From: Squalus acanthias
Taxonomy: Eukaryota
Length of the DNA: 64,000 bases
Assembly (NCBI GenBank): GCA_030390025.1
Contig: CM059431.1
Coordinates: 109,122,001 to 109,186,000, forward strand
Direction: 5' to 3'
In this document: positions 39,231 to 52,760 of the stretch, piece by piece
Numbering within the stretch: position 1 is the first letter of the stretch
How the letters are laid out: each line of letters opens with the position of its first letter
The notes under the pieces: generated by a model
Told to the model about the DNA's origin: nothing
What the model saw: only the letters and a program-made list of their open reading frames with translations
Databases searched by the model: none
Made by a program: the position numbers and the translations under genes

Positions 39231-40112
39231 CATTATGCAACGGTTTACACAGAAAAGGAAACAAAATTGTGGAAATGTGACGCCAAAACACTGATTGAAA
39301 TCCTGAAATCCAATGGAATAAAAAGGAATTTGGCAGATTCAGTCACCTTGTAGCAATGGCCTTGGTCATTGCAGGGTTGTTTTTTCAGTCGTATGTTTTA
39401 TTTTTTGAGCTGTCACCTTTTTAAGAGCTGTGTCAGCTATTCTGAAGCTGTTTGTCAGCTTTACTGAGCTGAGGAAGTAGACACGCATGACATCTCCATT
39501 TCTGACATGTTAGGCTTACATGACAGTTTAGTTTAAAAAGAAACTGCCCATTAAAGCAATGAAGGTAGTTAAGCTGTTTGGCTTTGTTTGAGGATGAACA
39601 CTTACATAAATTATGGAAAGTAGACCACTTTGCGATTGTTTAATGTGGGATAAATAAAACACACATCAGGGGAAGATTTTCCGTGTTCGCTCTACGTGTT
39701 TTTATGATTTGGCTGCAAATGGTAAATAGAGAAGACCCTGGTAGAGCCTGGAAGCAGCGAAAATCAGAAATTTGTGTGGGTCAGAGAACTATCCCGGTTT
39801 TCCGATCGTTATCGTGAATTTGGGTGCAGGCTCGGGAAAATCTCCAAGAGAGAAATCTAGCTGAACAGCTCAGATGAGGCCATAAGCCATTGCAGTGAAA
39901 TGGAAATGCTTCAAATCCATCATCTGAACTGTACGATTAGATCATTGCCAGTAGACTCCAGAATGCCTGATATTTTTATTCTAGAACATGGAGCTGGGAA
40001 GGGCATAACTGTTCTGGTTCAGTTTTGGCTGGAAACAGGAGTCAAAGTAAAAATGGAAAACCACGATGATCCAAAACAGTGTCCTCTTTGATGGATTAAT
40101 GATTACAATGAA

Positions 40113-40577
40113 GTGTCAGCCCTGGCTCAGTGGGTAGCACACTCGCCTCTGAGTCAGAAGGTTGTGGGTTCAAGTCCCACTCCAGAGACTTGAGCACATA
40201 AAGCTAGGCTGACACTCCCAGTGCCAGTGCTGAGGGAGCGCTGCACTGTCGGAGGTGCCGTCTTTCGGATGAGACGTTAAACCGAGGCCCCGTCTGCTCG
40301 CTCAGGTGAACGTAAAAGATCCCGTGGCGCTATTTCGAAGAAGAGCAGGGGGAGTTATCCCCGGTGTCCTGGCCAATATTTATCCCTCAATCAACATAAA
40401 AACAACAGATTATCTGGTCATTATCACATTGCTGTTTGTGGGACCTTGCTGTGCGCAATTTGGCTGCCGTGTTTCCCACATTACAACAGTAACTCCACTT
40501 CAAAAAGTTGGTTGTAAAGTGCTTTGAGACGTCCAGTGGTCGTGAAAGGCGCTATATAACTGCAAGTCTTTCTTTCT
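40113..40577 (+). mobile_element. Full-length Deu-domain-type SINE
   Basis: A box 40123-40133, B box 40167-40177, CpG-rich core, tail GAAAGGCGCTATATAACTGCAAGTCTTTCTTTC. Confidence 0.9.
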
Positions 40578-42049
40578 TTAGTTACTGAAAATTTACCAAA
40601 TTCTGGGTAGATTTATAGTCAGTGGTTGGAAACTCTATATTTTAACAGTCAGTTCCTGTTATGTACTGTTGATTTGATGGGGTGGTTTTAGTCAGTCTCA
40701 GGGTACATATTGCTGATGTTTGTGGCTGTCAGCATAGTCTTAATCAACCAGCATACTTCATATTTGACATGCAATGATGTCCACACCAAAGTATTCATGA
40801 TTGCAATGTCATTAACACAAGTAGTAATCTGTCTGGGAAAACTATGAACAATATGCAGATATTGCAGAGATAACAGAAGCGAATCGCAACTGTTATTTGA
40901 CACCACACCTGTTTCATAAATCATGCTACATCAAACTTATCGGAGAAGACTGGATCCTTTTACAAAGGTCTGTCGTGGCACTTTAATTTCCTATACATTT
41001 GTATAGCAGCCAGCAGAAATGAATTGTGGCTCTGCTGTTAGTATTTGATGTTGACTGTGCTCGGTAAATCACTGGGCTCTCAGATTTCTGTAATCCATTG
41101 TCAGATTCATTCAGGGACATGATCAGACAAATAGGGTTAAAAGACAGCTGCAAGTCCTGCCTTTGGAGCTGCACTCATTCAAAGTTCCACACATCATATA
41201 TTCCCCCACACCATATCGCATGAAGTCCCCCAACCTGCATCTTCTCGTGACCAAAATTTAGTGCTGCATTTTATTTGCAAGACCCGGACAGTGCGCGTGC
41301 ATGAATTTAAAAATCGCACAATCGCCTGCGCAAATCACCTGTCAGACTTTAATACGGAAAACGCATCGAAAGAAAGGGGAAACTAAATGCATCTTCAATC
41401 ACAAAAAAGTGTTCTAAATCAACTATAAATTGTAGCTTTTTAAATAGAAATGGTTACCCAGTCAGGTTATGTTGATGGATCAGTTGGTAAGGTCAGCCTT
41501 AAATAGAGAGCCCAAAAGTTTCTGGGTTCAATTGCTGACCTTAGCAGATCTTATTCAGACAGGCCAGATCTGAACCAGCTTTTTGCCAGCACATCATCAT
41601 TCACTAAAACAAAGGAAAGAGGTAATTTTATTTAACCAAAACTTGCACTTATCAGGGTATTTACCACTTAAGACCTTTATTGGTAAGTTAAAATGAATGC
41701 TGTTAACGTTGGGCAAAAATGGGATCTGCAATGGAGCATTTTCCCAATTCAGCCAACACTAAGCATTGGCTGATCAAGTATAACACAGTTCTCTTTACTG
41801 TGCTCCAGCAAAGTCTTCTAACCCTCATTTCAAAAGAGAAACTCCAACTTTACCACTTCACATGCCAGCCATCCCTACTAGGAATGGAATTGAAACCGTC
41901 CAACCTCATTTCACAAAGATATTTAACTATCACAGAAGAATGCAGTTCGTCTGCCTTGGTTTGAATATGTAATCAGCTGGTAGAACATATCAGATCCTCC
42001 GTATTTTCATTGTCTCAATATTTGAATTACATTCTCCAGTTTCTAAAGG

Positions 42050-42880
42050 TTTACTGCCTCTGTTCCAAATTGATAACCCTACATCTTATGCTGATCCCAT
42101 TTTGTTCAATCCATTCTGGCCTCCCATCTCATCATTCCACAACCTCACACAGACATCTGTTACAAGCCCACTAACTCCCACAACTACTTAGGTTTCTTCC
42201 TAGCCCATTCTCTGTAAAGACTCCATCCTTTTTTATAAACCAACCAGTGCCTTTTATCTCTGTCATACCCCATTCTAATATCTCCACTTTCCACACCAGA
42301 GGTTCTGAAATGTTCTCCTTTTTCCTCAGCTGACGTTTCCCCTTGGCTGAAGTGCTTGACCATATCTGATCTATTTCCCATACATCAGCTTTCAATCCCT
42401 CTCTCTCCTCTCAGCAACAATAGAGTCCACCTTCCAACCCACTAGTCTCGGTATTCAGAAGATCATTTTCCACCGTTCTACCAAGCAAATCTTCCCCTCA
42501 TTTCCCCTCTCTCTCTACTTTCAAAAAGGACCATTCCCCTCAGGTTCATTCTTCTATCACCTCGACTTTCTACTGCTCTTCCCCTGTCACTTTTCCATGC
42601 AATTATAGCATTCATTCATCTCTTCCTACACCATTGTCCAAGGCCGCAAACACTTCTGCCATGTGACACAGTAATTTATGTGTACTTCTTCCAACCTATT
42701 TGCTGCTCACATTGGGAACACCAAATACAGATTGAATGACCACTTTGCCAAACACCTCCATCTTACTTGCAAGAATGATCCTGACCTCACTGTGACTCAC
42801 TAAGTCAACTCTGCCTCTTCATTTCCACTTGGACCTATCCATCTTTAGCTCCCTAAACTGTCCAATCAAGCTCCAATAGT
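42050..42880 (+). mobile_element. Highly degraded Penelope-like RT/GIY-YIG remnant
   Basis: YKPTNSHNYL-type motif near 42160; 42590-42880 resembles 35050-35380. Confidence 0.65.
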
Positions 42881-43189
42881 GAGGGTAATTTTCTGAGTGT
42901 CAACCGGTAGTGGGAGACCTCACCCGCCACCAGCGTGTACTTGAAAATGAGTCCAATATCTCATCTTTCTCCTGAGTGCTCTGCAGCCCTGTCAAAACAT
43001 GGACCTTTGTAACATCAGGCTTTAGCTATCTCCCATTTTCTTAAGAGTCAGCGGGTGCTAGGGATGTGCGACGAGTGTGTTAGCATGGAGGCGGGGTTGG
43101 GGGGAGTTGGCAGATTGACGTAATGGTTGTAGACACTTTATCAGAACACAGTTCTGACAGGGGATCTACAGCTGGCATGTTACAAAGTA

Positions 43190-43615
43190 TTACAATGTAT
43201 TTGTAGCACAGAAACAGGCCATTCGGCCCAACAGGTCCATGCCAGTGTTTATGCTCCACATGAGCCTCCTCCTACACCTATTCATCCACCCTCATCAACA
43301 TATCCTTCTATTCCTTTCTCCCTCATGCGCTTATCTAGCTTCCCATTGAATGCATCTCTACTATTTGCCTCAACTACTCCCTGTGGTAGCGAGTTCCACA
43401 TTCTCAACACTCTCTGGGTAAAGAAGTTTCCCCTGAATTCCTTATTGGAATCATTACTGACTATTTCATATTTATGGCCTCTAGTTTTAGTCTCCCCTGC
43501 AAGTGGAAACATCTTCTCTGCATCTGCCCTAACAAACCCTTTCCTAATCTTGAAGACCTCCATCAGGTCACCCCTCAATCTTCTCTTTTCGAGAGGAATG
43601 AGCCCCAGCCTGTTG
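43190..43615 (-). mobile_element. CR1 3' fragment
   Basis: ORF 43282-43578 (RGDLMEVFK...WNSLP). Short 3' ends of the same subfamily occur at about 3660-3755, 16550-16722, 35825-35942 and 53510-53680. Confidence 0.87.
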
Positions 43616-44305
43616 ACCTCTCTAATCTCATTTAGAGTCCTTGGAGGCCTTGTTGTACATTTCGAGCATTTTCGGTTTTTATTTCCGAACTTTCCCCATT
43701 TTCTTTCTTCTTTGAGCTGTTTTTGTACAGGGAAAAACTCAACGCAAGTACAAAATGGTCAACATAAAAACACAATGCAAAGCTGAGTAAACCCTCATCA
43801 TAACATTAACAGGAATATAGTTGGCAGTGTTTTGTGACTTATAACCTTAGTTAAACCCCTTCATGAGATCGCCAGCCTGTAATCACTTTTTGGTACCCAC
43901 TATTATACATATCATAACTCATTAGCTCTAAAGTGCAGCTCTGCAAATACCAGAATAAGTTATTAGGAGCTCTATTTGTTTTAAAAACTAATCTTCTCCC
44001 CTGTCTCATTTGGTCTTATTAAAATCAGTGGGAGACTGCCTCCCAGACTAATTGGCAGGAACAGCATTTCACTTGTTTTGATGGCATCAGGTCTATTGGA
44101 ACTCCTGGGATTTTAAACGCAGATTGTCTTCAATGAATAAAAGTCACCTCATTATTTTTAAGGAGGCAAACTACAGCAAAGTTTTAGCCAAGGAAAGTAA
44201 AGGCCAACACCCAGACTACTTCTGAAGCACCAAAACAATTGTTATTTCCTGGTGTAGTGGAGAAAAAGGACATAAACTTGAATCTACCAGTCAAAATCAG
44301 CCCAA

Positions 44306-44805
44306 CCTCGGCTGCCCGCGTCCTAACTCACACCAAGTCCCATTCACCCATCGCCCCTGTGCTCGCTGACCTGCATTGGCTCCCAGTTGAGCAAAGTGCC
44401 AATTTTAAAATTCTCATCCTTGTTTTCAAAACCCTCCATGGCCTCGCCTCTGCCTATCTCTGTCACCTCCTCCAGCCCTACAACCCTCCGAGATCTCTGC
44501 GCTCTTCCAATTCTGGCCTCTTGCGCATCCCCCAATTTTCATTGCTCCACCGTTGGTGGCCGTGCCTTGAGCTGCCTCGGCCCTAAGCTCTGGAATTCCC
44601 TGCCTAAACCTCTCTGCTTCACTACCTCTGTCTCCTCCCTTAAGACACTCCTTAAAACCTACCTCTTTGACCAAGCGTTGTCACCTGTCCTAATATCTCA
44701 TGCGGCAGGGTGTCAAAATTTGTTTGATAATACTCCTGTGAATCAGCGTGGGACGTTTAACTGTGTTAAAGGCGCTATATAAATGGATGTTGTTGTTGCT
44801 GTTGT
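44306..44805 (+). mobile_element. L2-clade LINE 3' end
   Basis: ARVLTHTKSHSPIAPVLADLHWLPV and KLWNSLP in the ORF track; (GTT)n tail. Confidence 0.87.
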
Positions 44806-45392
44806 CAAGGCTCGTAGAAGGGCACTCACCTTCTTCAAGATTCAGCAATCCAAAGTAAGCCATCTAGTGCTGATTAAAAATTAAACTTCCCTGATCTTAA
44901 ATCATTAAATCAAAGGAGACAAGAAGGAGTTTGAGCAGGAGGAGATGTCATTAAAGACGATCAAATAACAGCCTGCTCCTTTTCACTGAGGGAGGTACAA
45001 AATGACTAAGTACTTAAAATAACAACAAAATGCTCTAAAGTGTATTGTGAGGCAGAAGTACAGCTTACTCAAGACACGTTTCAACAACACCTGCGAATAT
45101 TTAACTGGAACTGGGATTAAGTAATCACCTGCCTTCAACAACCATTTGTTCAGGCTTATTGCGATGATTTGTAATGGGAAACCAAACCGCATTTGCATCC
45201 ATTTGTTTTAAGCAAGCAAGCAATTTTTTTTTTGTTTTTTTGCTTGGCTTGTATTGTCTGTTCATGTCCAACTGTATTCTGTTTCATAACATTGGTACTA
45301 ACAATAAAATATTGGAAAAACGAGTACTGAATATAAATATATAAAGGCGGTATTATTGCAGCCTTGGGCACAACGATGTGAGTAAAGGCATC

Positions 45393-45765
45393 GGGTTGCC
45401 AACCCTCCAGGATTGCCCTGGAGTCTTCAGGAATTGAAGATTAATCTCCTGGACACTGCTGCGAGCAACCCAGGAGAAAAATCACAGGGGCATTAAAAAT
45501 TGTGGGTTTTTTCAAATTTTCTTTGAGCACTTTAGTTTACTAGTTATAAAAATATCAGACATGGGGGAGAAAGGCTGTTTGACTGACAGTCAAGATCATC
45601 CAATCGAGCAATGAAGAATCTATTGGCTTTCCGATTGGTGTGGGAAGGCGGTGCTCCGTGAGTATGGGCGTGTTGGGCGACCAATGGCGGGAGTGTGGGG
45701 GCAGGGCGGCTGGAGGCAGGAGGTCTCCAGCTCCAGGAATGCGTCCAACCAGAGTTGGCAAAGCC
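45393..45765 (+). mobile_element. MITE, AGGGTTGCCAAC family
   Basis: GGGTTGCCAACCCTCCAGG...CCAGAGTTGGCAAAGCC. Confidence 0.8.
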
Positions 45766-47659
45766 TACATGTGACGTTGCCAATTATCACTATTTCCCGC
45801 TATTCCATTATCTGTGGGCAACAGACAGTCACAAACGACAGATGACAACAACAAACTAGACGCTGATGTTCAAATTCCAGGATTAAGGCCTGTGAGGAGC
45901 ATGGTGAAGTAAATGATAGTGACGCTAGGGCAAGGGAAAAGGACAGCGATTTTTCCCGATAGTTAAACAGATCCGCAGGTAGCAAAAAGTGCCAAGAATC
46001 ATTAGTGACTGTATTAAATCAGTTTTCTGCTGGTCCCAAGGGTATCTTCTTGCTCACTCTTACACTCAGGGCAATAGCTTTCCGGTAGGCTTACAGTGCA
46101 CATTTCAGAAGGATTGTTAGGTTGTGCACGCTGTTGGAACAGAAATCATTTTGCAGAATTTACGTTGTGCTGCAATTATGGTCTGACATGCTACGCATAA
46201 GTGACGCAGAGATCCACAACCAGGGAACAGGTGTTGGGAGACTTCATCATAATTTCTGTCTATGGATTTTAATCACTGCGGTATAACAATGGCAACTTCT
46301 CGTGATTGATTTGAGTCATTCGCAGCTGATGGTTGAACAGCAAATGTTCTACTATTGTTCCTTGTATTTTCAGCTATTTATTGTTATAAATAACTCTCGG
46401 GGAGGCTAACCATTTGCTAGTTTATTTTCCAAAAGATTTGTCCTTAAAATAGTAATTAGTAGTGACACTGTGCATTAGTCAGCTGTTAATACAATTAGCA
46501 ATAATTCAAAAGTAATAGTACACTTAACTATATTGTCTTTTGCTGAATTCTTTCATCCATAGAGGTCTTATGGCTCCCCTCTGAATGCAAAGCTGAAATC
46601 AATTTATACAGTATTGTCTTCCTTAGTGTGTAACTATTTTCCACTGTTCAAATAAGCTTATTTGTAGTATAGACAGGTACTTTGAAACTGCAGTAGTCAT
46701 CCAAAAAGTAATCAATGCCTTATCACTAATCTCCCCACTGTACCGGAGGGGACCCTTTGTTACTATGAATATGATAGCTGGAAAGGAAAAATAAAGAATA
46801 TATAAAAATTAAAAATGCTACTTGTTAAAAAATCTCCAACAACAATTAAAACCTGAAGAAATGAGACTATAATAGTTCATTTTCAGTGCCAGAGTGGTTG
46901 ATTGGCAGTAATTAACACTCATCACATCATTAAAGGGTACTCAGACATGAAATGGACAAGGCTTAACTTTCTCTGATGAGTTTAGTTCGTGTCGACCACG
47001 CAAATACAGCAACTTCACCGTTCAATGCATTTCAATGGTGAGGCAGGCAGCGAAATGCCATTTACGTGAAGCTATCAGTGGAGCAATGCGTCTCGGACAG
47101 CAACTTTTGGATATTTCAGTTTAACCACGCATCTGCCCCTCACCTGAAGTTCATGTACCATTTGCGCATAAATAATGGTGACGCCATTAGCCTCGCCATT
47201 ATTTTGATAGCATATTATGGCCCAATAATTTACCCTACATTCTTATTGTCGTTCCAATGAGAGTCGTTTTCACCTAATCCCGTAACATCAACATTATTCC
47301 CAGTACATCTCCATTTGAAGTTGTAGAAAGAGACCGGTATTTGGGCGCCATCATACAATGGGCAGCAAGTGGCATTCATAGTTTCCAAATTTTACTAAAT
47401 AGCTATTAATTGATTAAATTTAAAGAAGTAATAACTCAATTCTTTTTCAGTGCCATAAGCTCCAAATAGCAAAGCAGGCTAATCACATTCACCCGTACAA
47501 ATCAATACTCTCCCAAATCTCAGAAATGATCAGCTCAACTATTCCTACAAAGGGAATAATTTTTGGCAGATCTGCACACTCATCAACAAATATACATCAC
47601 ATTTTTAAACACATATCGGAATCCATTTCTGCTAAACATTCGTCACCGACCTTTTCCAC

Positions 47660-48030
47660 TGGAGCAGAGTAGACTATGAGGAGATTTAATGGAAGTTTTT
47701 TAAGATTATGAAGGGTTTTGATTGAGTGAATAGAGAATGGCTATTTCCTCTGGTTAGGCAGACATTAATGAGCGGTCATTAAGTTAACATCATCACTAAG
47801 AGAGTGAGGAAGAAAATTCTTCATACAGAGGGTTGTTGGAGCTTGGAATATTTTACCACAATGAGTGGCTGAGGCAGAGACCATTGCATCTTTTAATGGA
47901 ATAAAACTGAATAAATATTTGAAGCAGAGGATGATATGGGGAGAGAACGGGGCAGTGGGATCAGTTTTGGATTGAGCTAACACAGATGTGATGGGCTGAA
48001 TGGCCTCCTTCTGTGCTGTAAATTTCTATG
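47660..48030 (+). mobile_element. Degraded CR1 3' fragment
   Basis: Decayed LEQ.RL.GDL.EVFK coding pattern and 3' UTR. Confidence 0.7.
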
Positions 48031-49185
48031 GATCGAAATGGAGAGACGATGGTGGTGACTATGGGGGTGCAAAACAGGCAGTCGAGGATCAGCCGTTTGT
48101 TGTACTACCCGCCCAATTTTCCTTTTCATGGGGGTCAAAGGTGAATTGCACCCCCTACGGAACAAACTAGCTGCCATTTATTAAAAGGGTTCTCCTCTTC
48201 TAGCAACTATCCCTAAAATGGTGGCTTGCCGCAAATAGCTTCTGTTGTGAAGCAGAATCCAGTCAGATTGCCAATGACCGGTCACAGAAGAATGAAAATC
48301 ATTTCTGGGACCCGAGCAATGCTGACAGATTTTTACTTCATAAATGCAGCTTGCTGTAGGGAATTAAAATAAACAAAATAAAATAAAATCAATCTTACAG
48401 TGAGTGAAGTTTTGATGTATAAGTGCTGGCAGCTCACATTGCCCAAAGCGCAAAAATCAGTTTTGCCATTTGATAATTTGCTCGATTCACTGCACTGCCC
48501 CATGTAGGGCAGTTTATGCCTGATTTATGTTTAATTGAGTCACCTGCTCAATGTTAAGGAGGGTCGCAGTCAGACAGACGGGATATAACTGTTTAAGCAG
48601 GATGCTTTGGGCATTTCCTGAATAAACACAAAGGCATCTTACAGCAATGCATATACGTGACACCACTGCAAACCCAACGCTGGATATGCCCACCTAATTT
48701 ACGGGCTTGCGCAGATAACAGCAAAAGATAAAAATCCAATTTTAATCAATGCAAAAATACTCATACTTTTTTTTTAAATGTCAACCGACATCTTGTCATG
48801 ACCTTTGGAAACTTCTCCCCGCCAATTCTCTGACTGAGTTTCATTCATAAAGAGAACGATTGAAACAGACATTGTTGCTTGAGATTTCTGACTTGCAAGT
48901 CAATTTTTTTTTGCTTTAAAACACATCTTATTGTGCCCTCCAACACAATGGCAAACCCGCAGCAGTCTTTTCAATGATTATTTTACTCAGTTTAAAGGAG
49001 CCATGCAAATATTAACATGCTTCTCAAGACCCTCTGAAATTACTTGCGCATTCTCGGGGCCTGGAGCATGTACTGACGCAGTCCGATGGACCCCATCCAT
49101 TCTATATTCTGACAGTGTCAGCTTGCAAAATTAAAATGGTGTTATCATTGCAGAAAATGTGTCTGATTATTGTACAGTGGGGCAC

Positions 49186-52100
49186 ATGTGAACAAATTCC
49201 CCTGTGGGACGGTGATGTGAACAAATTCCCCTGTGGGACGGAGATGTGAACAAATTCTCCTGTGGGACAGAAAGTGAACAAATTCACCTGTGGGACGGAG
49301 ATGTGAACAAATTCCCCTGTGGGACAGAAAGTGAACAAATTCACCTGTGGGACGGAGATTTGAACAAATTCACCTGTGGGACAGAAAGTGAACAAATTCT
49401 CCTGTGGGATGGAGATGTGAACAAATTCACCTGTGGGACGGTGATGTGAACAAATTCCCCTGTGGGACGGTGATGTGAATAAATTCCCCTGTGGGACGGT
49501 GATGTGAACAAATTCTCCTGTGGGACAGAAAGTGAACAAATTCTCCTGTGGGACGGAGATGTGAACAAATTCCCCTGTGGGACAGAAAGTGAACAAATTC
49601 CCCTGTGGGACGGAGATGTGAACAAATTCACCTGTGGGACGGAGATGTGAACAAATTCACCTGTGGGACGGAGATGTGAACAAATTCACCTGTGGGACGG
49701 AGATGTGAACAAATTCACCTGTGGGACGGAGATGTGAACAAATTCACCTGTGGGACAGAAAGTGAACAAATTCACCTGTGGGACGGTGATGTGAACAAAT
49801 TCTCCTGTGGGACAGAAAGTGAACAAATTCACCTGTGGGACGGAGATGTGAAGAAATTCCCCTGTGGGACAGAAAGTGAACAAATTCCCCTGTGGGACGG
49901 TGATGTGAACAAATTCACCTGTGGGACAGAAAGTGAACAAATTCACCTGTGGGACAGAAAGTGAACAAATTCCCCTGTGGGACGGAGATGTGAATAAATT
50001 CACCTGTGGGACGGAGATGTGAACAAATTCTCCTGTGGGACGGAGATGTGAACAAATTCTCCTGTGGGACGGTGATGTGAATAAATTCACCTGTGGGACG
50101 GAGATGTGAACAAATTCTCCTGTGGGACGGAGATGTGAACAAATTCACCTGTGGGACGGAGATGTGAACAAATTCTCCTGTGGGACGGAGATGTGAACAA
50201 ATTCTCCTGTGGGACAGAAAGTGAACAAATTCCCCTGTGGGACGGAGATGTGAACAAATTCACCTGTGGGACGGAAAGTGAACAAATTCACCTGTGGGAC
50301 GGAGATGTGAACAAATTCACCTGTGGGACGGAGATGTGAACAAATTCACCTGTGGGACGGAGATGTGAACAAATTCTCCTGTGGGACGGAGATGTGAACA
50401 AATTCCCTTGTGGGACAGAGATGTGAACAAATTCACCTGTGGGACAGAGATGTGAACAAATTCACCTGTGGGACAGAAAGTGAATAAATTCACCTGTGGG
50501 ACGGTGATGTGAACAAATTCTCCTGTGGGACAGAGATGTGAACAAATTCCCTTGTGGGACAGAGATGTGAACAAATTCACCTGTGGGACAGAAAGTGAAT
50601 AAATTCACCTGTGGGACGGTGATGTGAACAAATTCACCTGTGGGATGGTGATGTGAACAAATTCACCTGTGGGACAGAAAGTGAATAAATTCACCTGTGG
50701 GACGGAGATGTGAACAAATTCAATTGTGGGACGGAGATGTGAACAAATTCCCCTGTGGGACGGAGATGTGAACAAATTCAATTGTGGGACGGGGATGTGA
50801 ATAAATTCACCTGTGGGACGGAAAGTGAACAAATTCACCTGTGGGACGGAGATGTGAACAAATTCACCTGTGGGACGGAAAGTGAACAAATTCCCCTGTG
50901 GGACGGTGATGTGAACAAATTCACCTGTGGGACGGGGATGTGAATAAATTCACCTGTGGGACGGAGATGTGAACAAATTCACCTGTGGGACGGAAAGTGA
51001 ACAAATTCTCCTGTGGGACGGAAAGTGAACAAATTCTCCTGTGGGACAGAAAGTGAACAAATTCTCCTGTGGGACGGAGATGTGAACAAATTCTCCTGTG
51101 GGACAGAAAGTGAACAAATTCACCTGTGGGACAGAAAGTGAACAAATTCACCTGTGGGACAGAAAGTGAACAAATTCACCTGTGGGACAGAAAGTGAACA
51201 AATTCTCCTGTGGGACGGTGATGTGAACAAATTCTCCTGTGGGACAGAGATGTGAACAAATTCTCCTGTGGGACAGAGATGTGAACAAATTCTCCTGTGG
51301 GACAGAAAGTGAACAAATTCCCCTGTGGGACAGAAAGTGAACAAATTCACCTGTGGGACAGAAAGTGAACAAATTCTCCTGTGGGACAGAAAGTGAACAA
51401 ATTCCCCTGTGGGACGGTGATGTGAACAAATTCTCCTGTGGGACAGAAAGTGAACAAATTCACCTGTGGGACAGAAAGTGAACAAATTCACCTGTGGGAC
51501 GGAGATGTGAACAAATTCACCTGTGGGACAGAAAGTGAACAAATTCCCCTGTGGGACGGAGATGTGAACAAATTCACCTGTGGGACGGAGATGTGAACAA
51601 ATTCACCGGTGGGACGGAGATGTGAACAAATTCACCTGTGGGACGGAGATGTGAACAAATTCACCTGTGGGACGGAGATGTGAACAAATTCACCTGTGGG
51701 ACAGAAAGTGAATAAATTCACCTGTGGGACGGAGATGTGAACAAATTCACCTGTGGGATGGTGATGTGAACAAATTCCCCTGTGGGACGGAGATGTGAAC
51801 AAATTCACCTGTGGGACGGAGATGTGAACAAATTCAATTGTGGGACGGTGATGTGAACAAATTCACCTGTGGGACGGAGATGTGAATAAATTCACCTGTG
51901 GGACGGGGATGTGAATAAATTCACCTGTGGGACGGGGATGTGAACAAATTCACCTGTGGGACGGGGATGTGAATAAATTCACCTGTGGGACGGGGATGTG
52001 AATAAATTCACCTGTGGGACGGGGATGTGAATAAATTCACCTGTGGGACGGGGATGTGAATAAATTCACCTGTGGGACGGAGATGTGAACAAATTCACCT

Positions 52101-52760
52101 GTGGGACGGGGATGTGAATAAATTCACCTGTGGGACGGAGATGTGAATAAATTCACCTGTGGGACGGGGATGTGAATAAATTCACCTGTGGGACGGAGAT
52201 GTTAAAAAATTCACCTGTGGGACGGTGATGTGAACAAATTCACCTGTGGGACGGAGATGTGAATAAATTCACCTGTGGGACGGTGATGTGAACAAATTCA
52301 CCTGTGGGACGGGGATGTGAATAAATTCACCTGTGGGACGGGGATGTGAATAAATTCACCTGTGGGACGGGGATGTGAATAAATTCACCTGTGGGACGGG
52401 GATGTGAATAAATTCACCTGTGGGACGGAGATGTGAACAAATTCACCTGTGGGACGGAGATGTGAACAAATTCACCTGTGGGACAGAGATGTGAACAAAT
52501 TCACCTGTGGGACGGTGATGTGAACAAATTCACCTGTGGGACAGAGATGTGAACAAATTCACCTGTGGGACGGGGATGTGAATAAATTCACCTGTGGGAC
52601 GGTGATGTGAACAAATTCACCTGTGGGACGGAGATGTGAATAAATTCACCTGTGGGACGGGGATGTGAATAAATTCACCTGTGGGACGGGGATGTGAATA
52701 AATTCACCTGTGGGACGGAGATGTGAATAAATTCACCTGTGGGACGGTGATGTGAAGAAA
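49186..52760. repeat. 28/29-bp minisatellite, about 120-125 units
   Basis: Units GATGTGAACAAATTCACCTGTGGGACGGA (29) and AAAGTGAACAAATTCACCTGTGGGACAG (28) head to tail with point variants and no spacers. Confidence 0.98.

Noticed and set aside
40113..40185. tRNA gene
   Set aside because: The A and B boxes belong to a SINE head that runs into the SINE body, with no tRNA 3' end or terminator.
49102..51542. Repetitive FTFCPTGEFVH ORFs
   Set aside because: Translations of the 28/29-bp repeat.
49186..52760. CRISPR array (29-bp repeats)
   Set aside because: Units are contiguous with no unique spacers, there are no cas genes, and the context is a vertebrate intron.
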